DNA from: Octopus bimaculoides | Lineage: Eukaryota | Direction of reading: 5' to 3' | NCBI RefSeq assembly: GCF_001194135.2 | Contig: NC_068981.1 | Location: forward strand, 53,832,025-53,896,024 | DNA: 64,000 nucleotides | Shown: positions 47,967 through 59,809 of the stretch, in pieces | Layout of the letters: each line of letters starts with the position of its first letter | How positions within the stretch are numbered: the stretch's first letter is position 1 | The notes under the pieces: model-generated | Seen by the model: only the letters and a program-made list of their open reading frames with translations | Told to the model about the DNA's origin: nothing | The model's database searches: none | Translations under genes and position numbers: made by a program

Positions 47967-49579
47967 ATATGGTTTTGTAAGCCTACTGCTTCTTTATCCT
48001 CCCCCCTCCCACCAGCTGCTTGTCACTTTTATCCTTCTACTCATCACTATGCATGTGGATATGTGTGTGTGTAAGCATGTATAATGTATTTGGCATCCAT
48101 TGACTATGTAACTTTTGTCATCTTTACCATCCCCCTACCACAAAATTGCAGTTTCCCTACCAACTTTAACTTCTTATATTAAATCTATCTCTCCTTTACT
48201 CTCTCTCTCTCTCTCTCTTTCTTTCTCTCTATCTATCTATCTATCTATCTACAAAATGTAAAATGTAACTAGCGAAATCAACCAATCAATCATCATTTAT
48301 ACAGCCGTTTTATATATGTATGAGTGTTTGAATGGTTTACACTGATGAGAAGCAAGCTTTTAAACAGACCAAATTTATTATGATGGTTAGTGCTTTAAGA
48401 AAATAACTACTGAAATCCAAAGCTTCATTTTTCTCAGCAAGCTTAATTATCAGAGACAAAAATGTAATCAAAAATCTGTTGTAAGAAAATTTTCACTAAT
48501 AAGTCTTTTAACATTGTATTTTATAGGAAATTTCATATCTAAATGTACTTTATGAAAATTGGTTGTCTTTTACAGAAATTTACAGCTTAATACACAAAAC
48601 ATTATTGCCTGTTAGAATGTGATCAAGTGGCATCTTGTTGCTATCAGACAATATATCAATATTCTCTAGGAGTGTTGTCTTCCCTAATTATATGGTATTA
48701 TATAAGATAGATCAGGTTGTTGGTTGTTTCCTGAGTATTTCTCGAGTAGGTGAAAGAAATAATTATGTTCATTAGGTGATTAGTAGCTTCAGTCCTGTGA
48801 TTGCGTATTTGAAATGGTTTGATACTTTGCTTTAGTAGCATGACTAAATGTGACCTTTCTGAAAGAAAAGTTTTTACTCCATAATATATCTTCTTACATC
48901 AGGTTTTCAAACTGAAACCTGATGCTATAATTTTCAATGAATCTACAGGAACCATTATCTGACATTTTCTGCAGCCATATATATGTTTTGGACAAGAAAA
49001 TTGAGATAGCAAAATAGTGGAATGTTTTCAGCTATTTTTCACATGCTTTATTGAGAATTATTCAACAGCAAATGATAAACAGCTATCCCAGGAATAATAA
49101 AATGCCAGATTTGTAGATATGCTTTCTTGTTGAGGCCTTTTTACCACACCTGTTCCATCAGGAAGAGTAGAAGAGCCTAAGAATTTATATTAAAGGCTAT
49201 AGAAAAGAAAAAAACGAAAATACACTCTGAAGAATGTGTGTTGATGAAAGATACAACGGAACCAGCGAATATGATGGAGAGAGAGTACAGTAGCTCTTCG
49301 TCTTAAAGAAAAGAGCAGCTATAAAATGTTTCTAGAAAATGTTGATAAACTGTTTAGCAGACTAGGTATGGAATTTTTGGAAGGGGCTGCTATATTAGAA
49401 AATTAAATCATAAAATGGTGATCTTGTGCATTTGAATTACAAGATTCAATTTTTGCATTTGTTGTCATTGTTGTACTTTTTTTCTTTTTTAAATCTAGAA
49501 TTCCTAAGCTAGATTTTAAACATATGGAATGAGTCTTTACCATTATCTATAAGAGGATATTTCTGTTACAAATACATCT

Positions 49580-49735
49580 GTTCATTTTCCATGCTGGCAC
49601 GAGTTGGACAGTTTGACAGGAGCTGGCATGCCAAAGGTCTGTGCCAAGCTCCAGCTAGATGCCCTTCCTAACACTAATCACTTTCCAGAGTGTAGTGGGT
49701 ACTTTTAACATGACACAGACACCAGTGAGGTGCCA
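49580..49735 (-). mobile_element. RTE 3' tail, decayed
   Basis: TTTTCCATGCTGGCAC...GATGCCCTTCCTAAC...GAGTGTAGTGGG. Confidence 0.65.
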
Positions 49736-49830
49736 AACTACTTGCAGGACAAGACCCTTCAACTGAAAAATATAGTATTGAGAAAGGTGACTTTATGCCA
49801 AGTGATAAAAGGCTAAAGCTTTTTTTATAT

Positions 49831-49883
<53 letters not shown>

Positions 49884-51142
49884 ATAATTTTGTTAGGAAT
49901 CAAAACTCAAGTGAATCTCAACTTTCTCAATAATACAAAAAATACTGACAGAAGCAGAATTTCATGCCAGAACTGTTTAACTCTTTTGATACAGATCTTC
50001 TTGATTTTGACCATGGTTTTACGGCACAAACATCTTGTTTTAAACTGATCTAAATTTTAAAATTTTCATCAAAAGTTCATGCCAATTTATACCCCAAACT
50101 TCAACTTCATAATTACAAAGTTACTTCACTAAATTCTTCATTATTGTAAAAATAGCTTGAAGCAAAGGTAGCGTATTTCGGGTTAAAGAAATGCTAACTT
50201 GAGAAAATTGTGTCAATGCAATTGTGTTATGGTTACGTGCAACATAAAGATCTGCTTTAATTTGAAGTGATGGTATCATAGCAAATCAAGGTCACTGCTT
50301 AATATTTTCAAAAGAAATCAGTACTCTTGGTTATTCCAGTTAAGACAGAAGAAATGATTTAGGTTAAATGTTTCTGCAATAATTGTCTGCTGTAAGTCAT
50401 GGGTCCTTTCACAAAATGTGTAACAAACTGGTAGGTGGGTGTTACTTATCTTGGTTTTTGTAGCATTAAACAGATAAGTGTCAAATCCAGATAGGATGTT
50501 AGATTATTTCAGGTAGCACTCCTAGAACTGTGGTGCCTAATGTCAAGTTTAATAAACTGAAGCAAACAGAATTTAGTGTTATATGCAAATGCATAGCATT
50601 GCCAGCTATAGAATATAAAATCATGATAGTGTTCTAATACCTTTGCTACTAGTCTCTTTTTGCTCTTTGTATTTATATAACTAGTTAACCTCCAGCGACA
50701 TTGACCTTTGTAAGTATTAAAGGATAGTACTTAAATGTTATAGACCATAATAATAGTTCTTGCTCATAACTTAAGTATCACTTTATATCATATTGTTAAG
50801 TACTTAAGTTAAATATATTAATTTTAAATAATTTATTTAATATGCCTAGTTATGTAATACTTTAGTCTGCAAAAACACATTTACCATAAGGTTTATATAA
50901 AATGCTGATGACATTACTATTCAACAGGTTTTAGTTTGCAAATGTTTAATGTTAAATAGTTATATATATATACACACACTATAAAAACAATCCAAGTGAA
51001 AGATTCTGACCACAAGTCTTAATTATATGTATTAAATGAAATTACTAAAAAAAAGACTATTAAAAAAAGATATAATAATAACAATACAATATAAAACGTT
51101 TAATAGAGCCATTTGCTATTTAGTCCTTTTTTTTATACTCAA

Positions 51143-51549
51143 ACATTGGGCCTCACTGAGGTGAGGGACGAGGTGGTGAGGCATGATCCTCAAATGCTGG
51201 GTGTCACAGAGGCAATGACAAGTGACTGAGATCATGGCAATATGCTGTGCTTGAGAAGATTTGTGAAGCCAAGTGAAACCATAGTCGTGCCCATTGCCAG
51301 TGTCATGTAAATGGCACCCATGAAGTCGTAGTTGTGGCCAATAGTGGTATCATGTAAATGGCACCTGTGCTAGTGGAACATAAAAAGCACCTATTACACT
51401 CTTGGAATGGTTGGTGTTAGGAAAGGCATCCAGCTGTAGAAACCATGCCAAATCAGACTGGAACAGCTCTCCAGCTTATCAGTAACAGTCAAACTGTGTA
51501 ACCCATGCCAGCATGGAAAGCAGACGTTAAATGATGATGATGTTGATGA
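51143..51549 (+). mobile_element. RTE LINE 3' end
   Basis: ORF-end sequence, GGCATCCAGCTGTAGAAAC, AGACGTTAAATGATGATGATG. Confidence 0.85.
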
Positions 51550-51928
51550 CATTTAAACATGTTTAAAGAGAGATGCACACTTGTCTCTAACAACCTCATG
51601 CTTGTCACATATGTGAACATAAATTCATAATTTTATTTATGTATAAGCAGACACTTAATTATAGGAACAGAGAAATAGATGCAAACTCAAAAATTTCCAG
51701 TTCATAAATGTTCATGGTGGTTATCTACTGTAAATAATAATTAAGAATTAGTTAATTGTCATCTTCAAATAACCACAATTGAGTAACAAGTAATTTTGAC
51801 CTAATTTGTGTTTAATGAAAGAAGGTATGTAGTTGCTGTTTAAATTTAAAAACAACAACAATTTGTGTTTACATATTTATTTTTTGTGGGGCTGGAGTAA
51901 TTGAGGGTTTTTTTCTTTTTTTGTTCAG

Positions 51929-51963
51929 CTTTCTCCTGGGTGGTCCAGAAGTTATTTTGACTG
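51929..51963 (+). CDS. Candidate 35-nt exon, gene unknown
   Basis: TTTTTTCTTTTTTTGTTCAG acceptor, CTG|GTATCT donor; open frames FLLGGPEVILT or LSPGWSRSYFD. Confidence 0.18.
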
Positions 51964-52907
51964 GTATCTGATTTTCTTTTTTTTTTTTCTTTTTTTTTTT
52001 GCTAAAGAGGGAATGAACTAAAATCTTATATGCCCTAAAGGTTGATGTTTGCATTTGAATTATTAACTCATATGAGTGTTTGTTATCATTCAGTAATTGA
52101 TTCTATAATGTCAAAGTTAATAATATGATATTCGGTGTATGCAGTTGAGGCAGTATTTAATTTAATTAAATTACCCATCTATGTAACATACATAATATAT
52201 ATACACTCCATTGATAGGCAGAATACTGTGGTTTTCATCTGAAATAAAATTTCTTATGGATGTGATGTACTTAAAGCTCAATATATATTGGGAGACAACC
52301 CCCCCCCCCCAGCTCAGCAGTTTCCAACAAGTAAGCAAGATGCTTTTCAATCTGTTTTGGCTTTGTCAGTGATGTATACCTGCAGCCATCCACACACCAG
52401 ACAGATTTGTTGCCTCTGATATGGGAAACAGTAAATAACATGCTCACTGATATTGCAAGTAGCTGCTGGGGTGAATGTATATATCCAGTGTACACAATTG
52501 AAGCAGTATGGAATTGAAACAGCCATCAGTGTATCATACTTAGTGTATCTACACAAATGACAGGCAAGGTTCTGAGAGTTTCTTTCTTTCATGTGAAATA
52601 AAAAATTTTATAGAAGTGCTATGTTTAAAAATATACTATATATTGGAAGGAGGTGAAAATTCACTCTGGCAGCATTTTAGGCTTTATCAATTTAGTATAT
52701 TTGCAGCCTGCCACATGCTTTGAAGAGATTTGTCACCTCTAATATAGGAAACAGTGAATAGCATGTTCACTAGTATTGCAAGTAGCTGCTGGGATGAATA
52801 TAAATCCAGTGTTTTAATAAATAGATGGCTATTTTAATTTAATACTGCCTCAATTGCATGCAATGGATTCTAAAATAGCCTGGCGGCTATTTACAATCTC
52901 GGTGGAC

Positions 52908-53020
52908 ATTCATCATCATCATCATCATCAACATTTAACATCCATTTTCCATGCTGATATGGAAAATGGATGTTAAATGGAGTTAGACAGCTTGACAGGA
53001 ACTGGCAAGGCCAAGAGCCA
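52908..53020 (-). mobile_element. RTE 3' tail containing a local inversion
   Basis: (CAT)n tail followed by a perfect 19-bp inverted repeat (52932-50 / 52961-79). Confidence 0.7.
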
Positions 53021-53338
53021 CACTAGCAAGGTATTGTTCGTCCATGGACAGACATGTCTCCACAAAACATTGCAAACAAGGAACATCACTTGTATGAGGA
53101 TGACGCTTGTTTACAACTATAATGAGATGTCAAGACAAGAAGACACAAACACACACGTGTGTATCTATAGATAAACCCTGTGTTTGACTTCAAACTGCCT
53201 CCAGTAGTGAGGTTTCACTAAAAACTATTTTAAGGAGCATAGAATCACCCCTTGGTCACTATTGTTCCCAGTCTACTCTGAACCAGAGTAGTAGCATCTG
53301 TCATGGTCCCTAGTTCTTGTTAGAACTTCCTTCTAGAC

Positions 53339-53641
53339 CAGGGGTCAGCGAACAGGGGTAAATTACCCCAAGTGGAGTAAAAATGAATTTTTGTAGGTAA
53401 TAAGGACTCATTAGACATAAGTAAAATTATATAAAAAATATGTTCCTTGTTACAACAGAAATTTTTCTTCTGGCAATACTTTTATATTTATATTTATAAT
53501 ATATTTATAATCTATATAAATAGATTTAATACACCTTTTGAATTCAAAGAATCTATGATGTTCTTCATTTCAACTCGAGAGTAATGTCAGCATAAATAAA
53601 TATATTTTGGGGTAATTGGTTAAAAAGTTCCCCAACCCCTG
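53339..53641. mobile_element. hAT (Charlie-type) MITE
   Basis: TIRs CAGGGGTCAGCGAAC / GTTCCCCAACCCCTG; 8-bp TSD TTCTAGAC / TTCTAGAA (NTCTAGAN target). Confidence 0.85.
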
Positions 53642-55809
53642 TTCTAGAAGGTAAACTCGTGTTTAAAAAAAAGAAACCTGAAGTGCAGTTGGTTTCTGGT
53701 TGTGTCAGCCTCTGTCAAACCATTGGTTTTATAGCTGATTGTGCTGAAAAGTGAGTTCAGTGTTGTGCAACACTTTAGCCACTCAAAATATATTCATACA
53801 CAGGAACTTCTTGAACTTTCAGAATATTTGCATGGACTGAGTTTAGGAAGTAGTCTTTAGTCAGTCACCAGTTGACTTCAACCATATATACATGTGTGTG
53901 TGTGTGTGTGTAGGGTGTGATTAGAGAGTCAAATTTGGCTGCTATTTCAACAGTTTGGTCGATCATGTAGAAGTTCCTGCTGAATCATATTTCTCAAGTT
54001 TCTCATTCACATAACAAATGTAGTTTTTGTAAGAGGGGTGATATCTTTCATGAACACGTGGAGTCACATACAGATCAACCATATCATTTGGTTCATATGA
54101 GACGATTGAATCATGAGCACATCTTTACTTTAATATCAGCTCAAATAACTTGAACGGCAGTCCAAATATCCTAATCTCCTATAAATGCTCTCTCTCTCTC
54201 TCTCTCTCTGACCTACAAGTTATGAAAAACATTACTATAGGGGGAAAAAATGATAAATGATTTTTTGAGAAAAATATTTCCCTACTTTATTTACAACTAA
54301 AAGAGTAAGAAAGTTTTACACACACACACACATTGTTTACAAATTAAACTTGTGGTTTTCTTAATTTTTTTTTTTTTTATACAACTAGCTGAGAAGCAGA
54401 TGGCGTAGTATATACAAATATGCTTACTTGCTATTTTACTATCCATGGTATGCACAAACTCCAGATGGATAGGTGGGACAACACACACACACACACAGAT
54501 AATTGCTATTCTTAAATTATTCTGCTCTGTACAATATTGAATCCCACCTTCTGCAAGCGAATAATAAATAAATTTTAAACATCTTAGGGAAAAAAAAACA
54601 TTGTTTAGAAAGATCAAGAAATAAAACCAGAATAAAAAAAAAAAGTCTAAACACAGGAATATACAAATAGTTGCATCAATTTAAAGAGATTAACAGAAGA
54701 AAGATTCAATGAGGGAGTAAAAATGTAAGATATGGAAACTATAGTAATAAACACATTATTATTGGCCTAATGGAAAAAAGAAAAGAGAATTTTATGCGTG
54801 AACGAATTGAAAGAGGATAGCAGGTGTGGGTAATGGTAGAAGTTTTTTTGTTTTTTTTAAGATAAACGTGAGAGAACCTAGAGATAGCTAGATGGATGGA
54901 TGGATGAATGGATGGAAAAATTAATAGAGGAAGCTAGAAAGGAAAAAATGTATTAGGAAGAGGGTGAAATAAGCATTAAAAAAAATTTACATAAACAACA
55001 AACGTGAAAAACACAGAACATGAATGGAGATGAAGAGAAGGTAGGTTTTAAAAAAATGAAATTGCTTTATAAAACCACAAAATGAAAGAAAATATGAGTG
55101 GGATGTGAAACCAGGAATAAATGGAAAAGAGAATGATGAGCATTTCAATGTACAGAGGTTGAAAGAAAATGATGAGTATTTTGGATCACTATAGCATTTG
55201 TGTAATGTGATGAAGTAGGCAAGAGAGAGAGGGAGAGAGAGTTTTATAAGCACCTGTCTTCGCGGCTGAAGACAAACAGGGGTGGTGAGGCAGATTTCAA
55301 GTGAAGTGCTGTTTTTCTTAAGGACCATTCAACCATCCTCTAACTGTTATCTTTTGGTCTTTCTCTTTACTACTATCACATTTCACTCAGAAAAATGGAA
55401 TCCATTGACCTTATCTCCTTCCCCAAATTGTTGAAGAATTCCGTTTTGGTTGGCTTTTAAGCAAAAGAGAAAAAAAAAACTTTTTATTTATTTATTTACT
55501 TATTTGAAAAAAGAAGAGACAGCAGAAAGCTAACTGAATACTGAAGCTCAACAGCTGTGAACTTATCTGCTTGGTGTGGAGAATAGTGTGTAGTTGGTGA
55601 GAGTAAGTTTACTTATCACTATTCTTTGTATGGAGTATATAAGTGGAAAAGAGTATTAACACTTGGAAAATGTTTTCATTCTTCACTATTCTTGAAATCT
55701 GTGGATTAAGGGACACTGAATTGTGTAGTTTCAAGTGCATTTCTCATCATTAACTTTGCCAACCCCATTTGCAGATATAACAATTTTTTTTGTTTTTAAT
55801 TTCTCAAAC

Positions 55810-56175
55810 TGTGGCTGTATGGTAAGAAGCTTGCTTCCCAACCATATATAGTTCTGGGTTCACCCACTGTGTGGCACCTTGGGCAAGTGTCTTCTACTGT
55901 AGCTTCATGCTGACCAAAGCCTTGTGAGTGGGATTGGTAAACGGAAGTTGAAAGAAACTTATCATATGTATGTATATATATAAATATATGTGTTTGTGTG
56001 TGTGTTCCCCACCACTGCTTGATAATCGGTGTTGGTATATTTACATACCCGTAACTTAACGGTTCACAAAAGAGAGTGATAGAATAATTACAGGGTTTAA
56101 ATAAGAAATAAAAAAAGTACTTGGGTCAATTTGTTTGGCTAAAATTTCTTCAAAGTGGTGCCCCAGCATGACTGC
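55810..56175 (+). mobile_element. SINE family B, near full length
   Basis: tRNA-like head, core, (TA/TG)n spacer, 3' part ending CTTCAAAGTGGTGCCCCAGCATGACTGCA. Confidence 0.85.
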
Positions 56176-56322
56176 AACTGTAAAGTTGATGTTTAAAACT
56201 AATTAGAAATTATGTTGAGTCAAGGGGGAAATATTAGTAAATAGCTAATAATATTTTTATTATTTCAAAAAAGAACAGGAAGTAATTCCTCATATATTTC
56301 GATCTTATCATATCCTCTTCAG

Positions 56323-56379
56323 CAAGGCATATACTTCACTGCACTTGCTGAATTAGTGACAAGAAAGGTTCAAAGAAGC
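56323..56379 (+). CDS. Candidate 57-nt symmetric coding exon (phase 0-0), gene unknown
   Basis: TCTTATCATATCCTCTTCAG acceptor, AGC|GTAAGT donor; only one frame open (QGIYFTALAELVTRKVQRS). Confidence 0.3.
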
Positions 56380-56625
56380 GTAAGTGCACAAATTGGTTGG
56401 CATGGAAAAATAGGTTTAGGGAAAAGGGATATTTGGCTGCTGTGAATAGCAGATCGAGGGACCACGTAAAAGCTTCAGCATTTGCTTATGAGCAGATTTT
56501 TATAGTTATGTATGGAGAGTGAGCCGAAAAACTCATTCATTCTTCTATGACCTCATCTCAGCAGGCCACGAATCAACCTCAATCTAGACCCATCAGGGTT
56601 ATTGAAATTGTTAACCCCCCACCCC

Positions 56626-56675
<50 letters not shown>

Positions 56676-56929
56676 TCCACTCTCTGTGCTTATGTGAATA
56701 TGTGAATTACTCTGCTCACATTGTACGATATAGTTTTTTTTATCATTCATTTGTGTATATTATTTTTGTTACTGTATCTATTCCTAAACGTTTATGTGTA
56801 CTTGGAATCTAATTCTGGGATGCTACTAGGTTAATTTTTTTCTTCTCCTCAGCTCCTACATTGAATCTAGGAATTGTTTCTATAAAAGCTTCTAATTGAC
56901 TACCTTCATGTTCTTTTACTCTTTTACTT

Positions 56930-57300
56930 GTTGCAGTCATTAGATCGCGACTATGCTGGGGCACCATCTTGAAGGGATTACTCGATCAAATCGACCCCAA
57001 TGCTTGGTTTTAAATCTAATATTTATTCTATCGCCTCTGGAGAACCGCTAAGTTACAGAGACATAAACAAACAGACACCGGTTAAGTTGTAGAAACCAAA
57101 TATGGACATGCAATTACAAATGCACGTCCACAACGGACTTCTGCTTAGTTTCCGTCTTCCAAATCCACTCACAAGTTACTGGTCAGCCAAGGTCTATAGT
57201 AGCAGACACTTGCTCAAGGTGCCGCACAGTGGCATTGGACCCCAAATCACGTGGTTGTGAAGGGAGTTTATATTTGCACCTATAAAAACATCGGCTACGA
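56930..57300 (-). mobile_element. SINE family B, near full length
   Basis: Reverse-complement homolog of 55810-56175. Confidence 0.8.
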
Positions 57301-58789
57301 GAATCGTAAACCATATCTGTGATTAACCGTATCGCCATGCTAACCACTATGCCAAGGCAACAACACATATAGGCCTTCAGTAATCCATATGAAAGTGCCT
57401 ACTTATTGTTTTTCTAATGCATTCTTAGCCATCCCAACTTAGTTAATGTAGTGCACATTATAAATATGAAGAACTTTTCCATCCAAATTGTATAGATTGA
57501 TATCTGGCTTTCACTTTCTGTTTTTAGCAAAAATTGTCATTTTCTCAGTTTCATAACATGTCCGTAGATCATAGTGTTATTCAGTGTACTGTGTCTCCAT
57601 GAGTCTCTGAGTAATAGTCGGTAAAATTTTTTATTCCATTCAAACCATGCTTAAAGTTTCGTAATAGATTACTTTGTATAATATTTGGTTGGCTTTTCAT
57701 TCCTCTAAGTGCCAATAAAATACTACTGTCTTGATATCAAATATATCTTTTCTTTAGAAAAAATGGGAGTCTAGTGTCTCGTAAAAATAAATTATGTTTA
57801 TTAGTAACATTACTTAGTATCAGAGATCTTTTTACGTGATTGCAACTCGCTTAATTTGACCGCTTTGTTATCTTCAGCAATTCTGATAACAGTTTACAGA
57901 CTCAAGCCATTACAGTGATTTTACGCTTATTATTTTACCCAGCATGCATGCCGATAGAAATAGTACATTTATTTCCTTTCAATCTATCTATACCCTTAGA
58001 AATACGTACGTACGTTCATACATACAAATAATAAGGATATTTTCTAACGCAATCAATATGGAATTCATACAATGCCATAGAAACACTAGTGTAGTGAGGT
58101 TGATCAGAATTTGTTGCTGTATCACCATGATGTAGGCAACTGATTTATCAGTCTATAGAGAATTTCATGTTCGTTACTTGTACTTCTTTCTGTTTCTATT
58201 CGTCCGCTCTGCTTTTACACAAATGCATGCATGCATACATACATACATACATACATACGTACATACATACATACATACATACAGTTTACTGTTTCATTAT
58301 AGGTAGGATCAACAAAAAAAAAAGTACTCCATCCACTGACAGATAACTATCATTTAATAAACAAAAGATATATTTTATGGATATCCTTAGTAGAATAGGT
58401 GTGTTTGTTTCAACACAATACATCAGTGCCTTTGATATTTGTCAGTGATATTCGGAAGAGAATTTCTATGTTCTTAACAGTTGAGCAGTATTTTATCTTT
58501 ATTGCCACATAAATTAAGTAGAAGAGCTGCCATTGCTAATTCAGTTAGTGTTAGAAATTCTGATTTCCCTTTCAACTATTCAAAAAAAAACAAAAAAAAC
58601 TGTTAGAATTTGTTTTTCAAAATTCGTGATCAATATTTGAATCGTACGACAGCTTAGCAAATTATTCTTGAAACTTCAGAAAATGACGTTTCATGTTTCA
58701 CCAATTCTATTGCTACAACGAATAGAATTTAGACCGATTTCATTGTCCATGTCTTATTGTTATGTTCAAACTGCAAATGGAACTAGTAC

Positions 58790-58940
58790 CATGGTTGTAT
58801 GGTAAGAAGTTCGCTTACAAACATTGGGTTCCTGGTTCAGTTCCACTGCGCGGCATCTTGAGTAAGTGTTTTCTACAATAACCCCGGGCCAACCAATACC
58901 TCGTGGGTTAAATTTCGGAGACAGAAACTGTGTGAAAGTC
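58790..58940 (+). mobile_element. SINE family B (5' part)
   Basis: GGTTGTATGGTAAGAAGTTCGCTT...GGTTCAGTTCCACTGCGCGGCATCTTGAGTAAGTG. Confidence 0.75.
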
Positions 58941-59809
58941 CGTCACACACATACATATATATATACATACATACATATATATGTCCTGTACCCAGATATG
59001 CACCTATACATACAGGTGGATGTCGGTATGCACATACCTGTACGTATATATGCATATACTCATTTACTATTTGTTTTTACATGATTGAACGCAGCATCTT
59101 CCAAATGTAAGTAGTTTTCGTAACTCATATCCTCCGACGCTACTCTATCTCTTTCTCTTTCCTCTCCCCCCGTTCTTCCTCTGTACTACTACGTATCTCG
59201 CTTTACCCCTCTCGTTCTTCCTCTGTTACTACTACGTATCTCTTTTTTCCCCCTCGTTTTTCCTCTCTTTNNNNNNNNNNNNNNNNNNNNNNNNNNNNNN
59301 NNNNNNNNNNNNNNNNNNNNNNNNNNNNNNNNNNNNNNNNNNNNNNNNNNNNNNNNNNNNNNNNNNNNNNNNNNNNNNNNNNNNNNNNNNNNNNNNNNNN
59401 NNNNNNNNNNNNNNNNNNNNNNNNNNNNNNNNNNNNNNNNNNNNNNNNNNNNNNNNNNNNNNNNNNNNNNNNNNNNNNNNNNNNNNNNNNNNNNNNNNNN
59501 NNNNNNNNNNNNNNNNNNNNNNNNNNNNNNNNNNNNNNNNNNNNNNNNNNNNNNNNNNNNNNNNNNNNNNNNNNNNNNNNNNNNNNNNNNNNNNNNNNNN
59601 NNNNNNNNNNNNNNNNNNNNNNNNNNNNNNNNNNNNNNNNNNNNNNNNNNNNNNNNNNNNNNNNNNNNNNNNNNNNNNNNNNNNNCATATATATGTCCTG
59701 TACCCAGATATGCACCTATACATACAGGTGGATGTCGGTATGCACATACCTGTACGTATATATGCATATACTCATTTACTATATATATATATATATAATG
59801 ATAATAATC

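Noticed and set aside
52383-52418. - strand 36-nt exon-like cassette with good splice sites
   Set aside because: Lies inside the 110-bp direct repeat whose second copy lacks the donor; more likely repeat-derived.
56292-56327. - strand CTGAAGA-GGAT..ATC-GAAA-TATA-TGAGG hammerhead-like string
   Set aside because: Stem III would have zero loop and only a 4-nt palindrome, and stem I relies on G-U pairs; compatible with chance.
1750-59767. Long ORF-track entries spanning N runs (e.g. 7475-8611, 40924-41611, 59189-59767) and those rich in YI/HT/CV/SL dipeptides
   Set aside because: Artefacts of assembly gaps and (TA)n, (CA)n and (CT)n microsatellites.
58975-59781. ~95-bp direct repeat (58975-59069 / 59688-59781) around a ~40-bp pyrimidine-rich tandem repeat
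   Set aside because: Copies flank an N-gap; probably a scaffolding overlap or collapsed repeat that cannot be judged without long reads.
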